A stretch of 64,000 nucleotides of DNA from Podarcis tiliguerta (taxonomy: Eukaryota): NCBI GenBank assembly GCA_965153285.1, contig OZ229115.1; one strand, written 5' to 3'. Every line of letters begins with the position of its first letter. Positions within the stretch are counted from its first letter, which is position 1. Made by a program: the position numbers and the translations under genes. Positions 1-64,000 of this stretch are shown here, one piece after another. The notes under the pieces were generated by a model. It was not told the DNA's origin. It was given only the letters and a program-made list of their open reading frames with translations, and searched no databases.

Positions 1-299
1 TCAACCTTTGGCAGTGCTGTTCAACTGTTTGGGAAGGTGGTGGTAGTGGTGACTTAACTGAGGTCTCCCTTGCCCCTCCATCCCCCAAACAGGTGATCTG
101 TGCCATGGAAGCCCAAAATGCTGGCCATTCATTTTGGGGTATGTGTGTGTGTGTGTGTATCCCTACATGACTGTGGATTGGGGCTCGTGCCTCATATCTT
201 CAGCACTCTTTCTCGGCCACATGTTTTGTTTTGTTAATAGTTCCTGAATAACTTAAGCCAGCCAACTGCTGCCAGTTATATCAATGAAACTAAAATAGG

Positions 300-3218
300 A
301 AAGAAAGAAAAAACTAAAACCCAACCTATTTTACATTAAGAATGTTATGCACAATAAACACTTATACTTTAAGCAACCAGCCATATCAACATAATTTATA
401 TAAAAAACATTTCTGTATAACACAACTGATTTCTTTTTTTTTCTTTTTAAAGTACAAAGATGGCTGTTCAGAGAAAAGGAAGCCGACTGGAGTCTGGCCC
501 ATCGCTAAATTCCAACCGCCAGCCATGTGACTACATTCCACTGCAGTGACATAACTCAGCAGTTCTGTTTCCTTTAAACAAAATACATATGGCTGACTTA
601 AAAATATCTGTTTCTGATCTAAAGAAAACTATATATTTTTTGCATAATATTTATATAATTATTTCCCCACCTGCCCCTCCCTCCCGAGGAAGCTAGACAC
701 ACAAAAAGAAAAACAATGGACTAAAATGTAGGCCAGACCCCCCCCCCTCACCACACCGGTCAATTACAGATCTCTGGGAGTGACTTTGTGAGGGCCACGT
801 TTTCTTCTTCCAAAACATGTTTGAGGTAAGGAAAAATATCAAAGAAACAACAGCAAAAAAACTATCAGGATCCCCTCCCACGAATATTTATGCAAGCGCA
901 TAACACCACTTTTTTTTTGCAAGTTTTTAAAATAGAAAAATGACCTTTGAAGCAATGTAATCTTTAGAACGTAACTAAACAAAAGTTTTTCTTAGTCTTG
1001 TTTGATAGGTCACACAGCAAGAGATGGCAGTTTCCCTCTTTAAATTCCTCCCGATGTTCGGATGAATGGAAGTGAATTTATCTGGAAGGAAAACAGGGTT
1101 GTGGGGATGGAATGGTGCCTTATTTGCAATTAAGATGGTCACTGATGGTTATTTCTCCCCACCCCCCCACCCCCCGAGATATTAGCAGCTCCTTGCGCCT
1201 AGCACTGAAGTCCTCTTTACACCAGCATTGGAACAGAAGATCTACTGAGAAGGGGTTTTCACAGGTCTACCTCAAACTTGCAATGGAATTCAGGAATCAA
1301 CCCGCAAGGCGAAGGGGTTTTGAGTTTAAAAATGAAACCAAAACACTCAATTAAGTTTCATTTTGCTTGTTTCTTTAAGGAACACTTATCTCTTGGCAAA
1401 GTACCGTCTCCCCACGTGGCAGGCGGTGCTTTGGGCAGTGCTTAGACAAGGCACAGGAGTTTCTGCTGTGCGTTCTTCCAAAGGAAAGCTGTACACTTTT
1501 GAACGTCGGGGTGATGGCCAGAAAGGAGATACAGCTACAAGCAACTAGGCTCTCTCTTTGCTTCCAGGCAGCACTTCCCAGGTTAAGCATTCTGTCGTGA
1601 CCCATCACACCAAGTTTTGCCCTCGGTTTTTAAAACTGCGGATGCCCATGCTTTACATTCTCTCTCTCTCGTACAAACTGGCCCTCACTGAGATATGCTC
1701 TGAAGAGTTCCAGCAAGTTCCCCATATGACTACACACTGCAAGGCTGTTGCCCGACCAGCATCTTAATACTAGGAGATGTGTGCTAAGATGAGGATGACG
1801 CCACCCTCGTTCAATGCAAGAGCTGATTTACCTTCTCCAGCATTTTTTTTTAAAAAAATATTATTATTATTAGGCAGCTTAAGCCGCAACATCAATTTTG
1901 GGGAAAGGATGCAGGCCGGTTTCAGTGAAATGAAAAGGGAAGGCACTCCTAATGAGAAATGTGGAGAAGCTGTATTGCTATGCCTCATTCAAATTATAAC
2001 TGAGGAAGGTGCTTTGTGATGTAACTAGGCCCAACTCCATAGCACCAAGTCATTTGCAATTTCACAAAGGCGTTTACATTCCTGTTACACTGTTAACTCT
2101 TCAACACACAAAATGCAAGAGAAGCTGTAGTAATAGCTCATTACTAGAGCTGGTCTGGCCCAACTTCTTTACATTTTGCACTGTCTAAGGAGCTACCCCT
2201 CTTCCCATAATAAGCCTTCTGAAAGTATACAGCGACCATGGTCTGGACTTATGCAACGTTATTTGGGATCATTTATTATTATTATTATCAGGCGTGGAAT
2301 TGGGATGTTGACCTTATAGGGCCAATGACTTCATTAATCTGAGAGTCAAAATAGTAAAACCCTAAAGTCAAATTGAACAGAAATCACCTCAGCTAACACA
2401 GAGTGCCTATGTGATCTGCTCTTAATTCATACACAACTCATTTCCCCCAGAGGCCATGTTTCATTCTCTCAGAGAAAATGGTGCTCTCATAACTCCTTGT
2501 TGCTTGGCCTTCTTCAAGCCACATTGTTTAGAAGACATTTTTAAGACTTTAAAAGTCACTCTTATCTCTGGTGATTGATACCACCATGGAAACAGAGAGA
2601 GAGAGAGAGAATACACAAACAGAAAAATGGTAAAAATCAGGTACCATTCCCTCTCCCCTCCCCCCCAATGGAAGACTGGGTTCACTTTCATGTCCAATAC
2701 CTGATTCAGATCCCCCTCTGATAATGGCATCCTCTTAGTGCCCATCCCTTCTCCCCAAGGGCACAGGGAGGCACCTAAGATTCAGATTCTGCACATAAAA
2801 TAGAGCTATCCCCACAACTGCACCATCTGATGTTGTACACACAGCTGCTTTAAGAGAATCTGAACCTTGTTTCTTCACGCATGCAACTTCAACAAGGGAA
2901 AGTGACTGTTACAGACACATGGAACCCAACTTGAAGGAACAAGACGTATCGAAGCTGGCAGTTTCTCTCCTGAGAAACTCTCTCAAATAATGGTTGCGAA
3001 AACAATGGTTGAGAAGCAAATCTCTAGCCATGTGGTACTGTGGTTCCTGCGGCTAAATAATCATAAATGGGGGGTGGAGGAGGGAGAGAGGGAGGAAATA
3101 GGCATATATGTATTAGCACTTAACAGGAAGTGGCTGCAGTGTATGGTCAGATGTTGGTGCCTAAGTTGCATGGAGGGGGCGGAAGGTGGGGAGAAAGAGG
3201 AGGATCAAAGTTCAGAGG
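300..3218 (-). other. ATP2B4: Probable long 3'UTR of ATP2B4 (distal end not defined)
   Basis: Follows the stop codon; U-rich on the minus strand and free of the recognisable TEs that fill the introns. The only canonical AATAAA seen on the minus strand is at 2272-2277. Confidence 0.6.
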
Positions 3219-58131
<54,913 letters not shown>

Positions 58132-60887
58132 CTGCGAGAAAGAGGGTGTGTGGAAGAGAGAGCAAATTAAAAGGGAGTATCAAAAAGCATGATTACTTTG
58201 AACCCACTCTTTATGCCCACTTTCCTTCCTCTTCCACAGGTTCCATTATGTATATTACAAAGTACTTCCCACCCTGCGAACAGTAGAGCTCTCCTGCGAT
58301 AGATGTTGTTTGCAAATAAATATTGCAAACACGAAGTTGCTGTGTCAAAGAGAATGAATGAGAGGTGGAGAACCACTTGCAGCCCAAGGGCAGGATTCCC
58401 TTCTGGAGGACACAAGCCAGCAGTGGGCGGAGCCAGAGGCAAAAGTGGGTGGAGCAACAAATATAAATGTTACCTTTTTATCATAGGTGAGTTTGCACTC
58501 ACACACCCCTCTCTATCCTCCATCCAGACTGTGCAACATTACTTTATTTAACAAAATTAACACATCACTTGGCTTAATAAAACCTCTAAGCTGCTTACAA
58601 GAAATATAAACCTTATCAGCAAAGAACAGTTAAAAACAGGTACTGAAAAATATTTAAGAGATAATTAAAATTAACAGTAAAAGATAAACACATGTTAACA
58701 TCTATATATCAGGATAGGCTTGCCTAAACAAAAATGTTTTGAGCAGGTGCAGAAAAGAGTACAGTGAAGGCATCTGGCTGATGTCACCAGGCGGGGAGTT
58801 CCGAAGTGCTGCCACCCTAGAAGACTGATTTCTCACAGCTGCAAAGTTCAAGGACACATTCCAGCCAGGCAAAAACTTCCAGGGTGCAAAGCAGGGCCAA
58901 TCAGGGGTCTGGCCTAGGCAGATTTCTGAGGGTCATACAAAGGCCCCAGACATTTCACCTCCCCACCCCCTGCTCTAGACATGTTACAGCCTTGGGGAAC
59001 TTTGGCATCCCAAGAATAGAATACTTTGTATTTATTATCACGCAGGCATGGAATCAAATATTTTCTGTGAAAATCCAGAGTACCTCCACACACATCCCCT
59101 CATCTGCTCACTATAACTGACAGTGTACTTAACACACCCACCCACATTGAAAAAGAAAAAGACAGCTGCACAGATTGGTAGTGATTGCTACACCTGTCTT
59201 TTGGGTGTCTTTCTTACAGCTGCTTAAAACCACATCCTGCTCCACAGCCGCTTAAGTTCAGGAGAGGGAGAGGAAGATCTACATTTTTTCTAAGAAAACT
59301 TTGTGCAGAATAAATTAGGAATAGGAGGATTAGTAATTAGGCAAGGCCAAAAATGAAAAATACTCTGCATAATTCAAGTTAATCGCATAATTGGGATTTT
59401 TGAAATGTTAAGTGTACAGAATCCCATTTTAAAGGCAAAGACAACCAGGGTCCACTTCCCAGATAACAATGTGCATTCGGCTTATCAAAGCAGCAACATA
59501 GGAAGGGGCTTAGCTATTGTCTCACTTGTGGCAAGTATCCAAAAGATGTTGACCACACAGGTCAACAACCCATCCATCCCGCATTAGGATTTTCATCATA
59601 GAAGTTATTTTCACATGCATTCTAGGAACAGAAATGTCTGCAAAATAAGAAGAGGCCTTGAAACCCATTCCCACCAATCAGATGGTACTATTTTGCCCAA
59701 GCTCTTGCTGCTCCTCAGAAACAAAGGAGGAAAGCCAGCTGAGGTTGCACGGCAGCTCTCACTTGAAGAGAGCAAGGTGTCAGGGATGCCGGTGTTCCCA
59801 CCACCCACCCACCCACAGATTTTCCTGAAGCCCAGATAGTGGGCCGTGAAATACCAAACAGGAGCAGAAGGAGCCCTGTGATCTTGCATGACTAGCTTTG
59901 CTCAAATATCAGGTCGGAGGGTTCACTCTGCAATCTACCAGGGTGATCTGGGGAAAGGTGGCAAGCCAGCAAGTGATGTGAACTCATTTCACGGTTGCCA
60001 ATTCTGAGACAGGCTATTGGGGGGTGGGGAGACATTCTTGGCGTACAATAGAAGAAAGAGGAATTCAAGAAGGGATGGGAAGACTCTCATCTCTTCTCCG
60101 CTTCAAGTCTATGACCATGTTGGTCAAACCCCCCATCTTATGAATTCTTAAGAGTCTGGCTCCTGCTACCTTTTACATGGACCAGCTAATTAGAAATTAA
60201 ACCTGAGCTGACTATGTATTGACCAGTCTCTCTGCTGCAGGGCTGTCTTAAGCATATGCAGCGCTGGGGTGCAAAGATCTGCCCGGTGCCCCCCCGGTTG
60301 CCCAGTCCCAGGCGCGCAGGAGGGCAGAGCCGGCTGGCCACCTCAGCGTCTCACTGGCTGAGTTGCTTCCAAACTCACGGCAAGGGGCACCCACAGCAGA
60401 AGAGCCCACCACGGCGCTCTGACAGATGGGTGGGCTCTTCCCTGGACTCAACTCCCGGGCCCCAGACTCTCGGCCTGGCGCCCCTGAGAGCCCGGCACCC
60501 GGGTGTCCCACACCCCTAACACCTATGGGTAAGATGGCCCTGCTCTGCTGCAACTGGGGACAGGAGCAGCAGTGTTTCCTGCTGGAGGACTGGGTTTCCT
60601 GAATTAGCTGGGTGGGTGGGATGGAATAGCCAGCCCCTGAGATCTCTTTCAGCTCTATGATGCTATGATGGCAGCTGCCAGTGCTGTGCCACTGCCTCAG
60701 CTTAAGGGGTTAAAAGGAATCACAAGGCTGTTGGGGGCATCGTATAAATACAACAGGTGTGGAGGGATTTTTCCATTTGAAGAGGCACATTTTGCCATTT
60801 TTAAACTGAGAAGTGACCTGATAATGCGTTTCTTTTCACAAGTGCCTACTACATTTCAAAATGAAATATTCTTTCTGACACATTATT

Positions 60888-60893
60888 TCTCTT

Positions 60894-60933
<40 letters not shown>
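60888..60933. repeat. (CT)n(CA)n microsatellite
   Basis: Seen directly. Confidence 0.9.
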
Positions 60934-60936
<3 letters not shown>

Positions 60937-62473
60937 CAGCTTACACATTTATTTCTGGCTCAAATTGGACACATTAATAAATATATCCTTGAATATATTA
61001 TTATATATTCTTTTTTTGTTATTATTACGAAATGAACAGCACCTGTGTCGCTGTCCCCCTCCTAGATTGGAATTCTGGGGTGCAGATTCCCTCCCCTTCC
61101 CCACAAGCTCTTCACACATCAGTGGGACTTTCAAATCCCCAAAATAATTCATGCCCTGCAAGCACAGATACCAAACAATCCGTACTGTGGGGGGGGGGGG
61201 GTATGAACCCCACTGCTGGAGCTAAGCACCTTATAATAATAATTTTTATTACCATAGAGCCTAACATGAAACATCCAATTCCTTTTACGACTAAAGGTGT
61301 TTACCAGGGTAATTATAGCAGATACGAACCAAACTGCCTCAATTTATATTGCAAAGAGACAGCATTTTCCTTGGGAGAATGGAAATTATGAAGGAAATGG
61401 GATAACATGGCTGTGCAACAGCTGCAGAGAGGTTGAATACAATATTTTCATTTTTCTCCCATGCTTCCTTCAAGATCTCAGGTTGATGTACATGACCCTC
61501 TCCATCCCTACTTTATTCTCACAACTCGTGCGAGGCTGAAAGATGGTGACTGTCCCCAGATCAGCACTGGGGGTGAGTCAGGATTCGAACTCTGCTTCCC
61601 CTGGTCCTAGTCTGACACATGAACCCCTATGCCATGCTGGCTTTCCTTCAATGATGTCACCAAGTAGACTAAACCCAATGAATGACCATGCATGACCAGG
61701 TGGATGTGATGCCTCAATACAGCAAATGACCAAGTTTAAACAGTAACGCCTTGGCAGAGAGAGATTGAGCACATCTTCATTGCTTGCCCGTAGCTCTAAC
61801 CATGAAGCCCTCTGTGGCCTAGAACTATGAAGACTCCTTCTCCCAAGGACTATCACTCTGGCTTTTAAGGTCTTCTCAAATGTAATAGTTGCCAAAATGT
61901 CCGACTGCCACTTAAGACACTCAGAGTCTTGGCAGCTCCCACAATGCTTTGCTTGGACAGGAAAGGACAGAATAATGTCCCGTCCCTGCGTGGCAACAAT
62001 CTGGATGGTGCTTTCTTTGACATATGGGATGCTGCTAGGGGTTCCCAGCAGGCACATAAGCTCCGGAAAACTTGCCACGCTGTCTGACTGGTGACTTACA
62101 GCTCTCCCCTCCTCTCCCTGCAGATGAAGGGGTAGGAAATGGAAAGAAGAAACTTGAGCTTACTGGAGTCCGCTGGCTTAAACAAATGTCCACAGTGAAG
62201 AGAGAAATCAATGTTGCTTTTATCCAAAAGCAAGCAGATCAGAGCAGCTGGAAAACAAGGAAAACAAGGCAGCTCCAAGAGAGGAAAGAGGGGATATCAG
62301 GGTGCAGCCTGCTTTGGGAGAGAAGAAAGGATACCCGTCCCTACACTGATATTTCCCGAGCCAATTTTTTGTAGAGCTAGGACCTCTGGCTGGACCAGAA
62401 ATGAGACCCGAGTGGACTTCCAAAGATTTCCAGAGACCAGTGGCTGATTGAGAATGTTTAAGGAAAGTTAAAC

Positions 62474-63189
62474 TGTCAAGGCAGTCGACTTTGCCCCCAA
62501 GGGAACCCCCAAGTGAAGAAGTCTCAGAGCCAGGAGAATGGTGGTGGGATGACAACGAGTGGTCAGAGGGAGAAGAGGGGGCAGACTGGGAGGACGAGGA
62601 GGTGTCGGGAACCGAAGAGGCAGCAGGGTTTAGTGAGCAGGAAGAGGCTATGGCAGAGCGTGGTTTGGACTCAGAGGAAGGAGAGGAAGAGGGCCAGGAG
62701 ACAAAAATGAAGCAGACTGCTGAAGAATCAAGGAGTCTCCCCCTCCTGCTGTGACCAGCTCCCCTTCTCCCTGGTCTCCCAGAACGTGCAGAGAAATGGA
62801 AGAGGGTGGAACAGCAGGAGACAGAACAACAGAACACTAGATTTCTAGGGAAGAAACCAGGTGAGGAGCCTTAGACAGCTGTGGGAAGGTGGGGACCTTC
62901 AGTCCTCACGACTGCCTCATTGGGACAAGACCTACTGGAAAGCGTTGCTGGGATCACTAGAACTGCACTGTTTTGGTTTCTTTGAATGAAGCATTAACTT
63001 CACTGATACCAGCATGGGCGTAGCCACGATTTATGTTAGGGGGAGCAGGCTTCATATCAGGGGGCAGAACTCAGAAAGTTAAGTATTTTTATGAATTTAC
63101 TTGATTGGGGGGCAGCTGCCCCCCTTCCCTCCTGGCTATGCCCATGGACACTGGTTTTTTTTATTGCTGACCTACTCCTGACTCTGACT
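62474..63189 (+). mobile_element. Possible solo-LTR-like element with purine-rich interior, interrupted by a MITE
   Basis: Starts tgtca, ends tgact (near-inverted termini); GAG/GAA-rich body; TSD not resolved. Confidence 0.4.
63013..63146. mobile_element. hAT-like MITE
   Basis: TIR catgggcgtagcca / tggctatgcccatg; degenerate TSD gataccag / gacactgg. Confidence 0.78.
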
Positions 63190-63299
63190 CCTGAAATTCT
63201 GGGGAAAGATTCCAGAGAGGCTACCATTTCTTTGCCTCCAAACTCCACCTCTGCATGCCATTTAATGAGCATTACTCAAGGTGGATTGCTTTCCCCAAT

Positions 63300-63420
63300 G
63301 GGGTACCCTTCGTATATTTGGAACTACAACTCCCATCATCCCTGATCATTGACAATGCCAGCTGGAGCTAATGGGAGTTGTAGTCCAAGCCATCTGGCAT
63401 GCACTGGGCATGGAGAAGCT
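63300..63420. mobile_element. Palindromic hAT-type MITE remnant
   Basis: ggaactacaactcccat ... atgggagttgtagtcca. Confidence 0.7.
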
Positions 63421-64000
63421 TGGTGTATACCTTAATATTTACTTACACACTATTTTATGTACAGGAGTACATTCCTCTACAAGATGAGGTGTGCTTAGTG
63501 AAGAACTGTGGACTGTTCTTCAAGCTCTCTCCTTTGTTCTGCTTTCCAGAAAAGAAACAGGCAGAGGCAGCTTGAGAAGAGACAAGAGGGCTCAACTTTG
63601 GTAACATAACAAGGAGTTCTCACCTTGCTTAAACTCTTCCCCAAGTGAGAACAAAAGCAATATAAGGGTGTGCTACTCAAATAACTTTGTACAAACACAA
63701 CCCTGAGATTGTGTTCTTTAAGTACCGGTAATTACTCCTATATAACAGCTTCATTCTTGGGAGCGATTTCTTGCAACAGATTCCCATTGGAGGAATTGCA
63801 CACGGAAGTGGAAATCTATGTGGATTTTACTACAAAGGCCTTGGAGCAGGTCCCTATCACCTCCTGTTCAGCACCCACTCTTGGGAAACACATGTTAATG
63901 TTTAATGTATGCTCACAGTACACAGAGGCAGCTAGTCCTTGTCACTATCCATGCAACTCCATTCAAACTACCCTCCCCCCCGCCCGTTCTAATTCCAGGT

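Noticed and set aside
60250-60520. GC-rich patch as an internal promoter or CpG island
   Set aside because: Short, and similar in composition to the GC-rich MITEs elsewhere in the window; no promoter evidence.
58132-64000. First coding exon of ATP2B4, or a counterpart of the human erythroid enhancer
   Set aside because: No PMCA N-terminal coding sequence found here, and enhancer homology cannot be judged by eye.

Overview
Vertebrate genomic DNA, most likely a squamate (lacertid-like) lizard as inferred from the SINE/MITE repertoire. The whole window lies in one minus-strand gene, the plasma-membrane Ca2+-ATPase PMCA4 (ATP2B4). I traced 20 exons by hand with GT-AG boundaries, from the second coding exon (58131) to the last coding exon (stop 3219-3221, C-terminus ETSV); the first coding exon lies beyond 64000. 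The 19 exons of the x/b isoform join in one frame (3434 nt in window) and include the 36-nt splice-site-A cassette (41038-41073). The separate 199-nt splice-site-C cassette (11605-11803) gives an 'a'-type tail. About 3 kb of probable 3'UTR follows. Introns hold many hAT and Tc1/mariner MITEs, tRNA-derived SINEs, CR1/L2 remnants, LTR-like pieces and microsatellites, including nested insertions. I found no new biological system. The best leads concern splicing: a candidate unannotated second site-C exon at about 11259-11312, PMCA1-type internal donors and a poly-Ala repeat in the site-C exon, RBFOX/QKI motifs beside the cassette exons, and palindromic MITEs flanking an exon. Exon numbers follow the human ATP2B4 convention; comparisons to human PMCA sequences are from memory and were not aligned.
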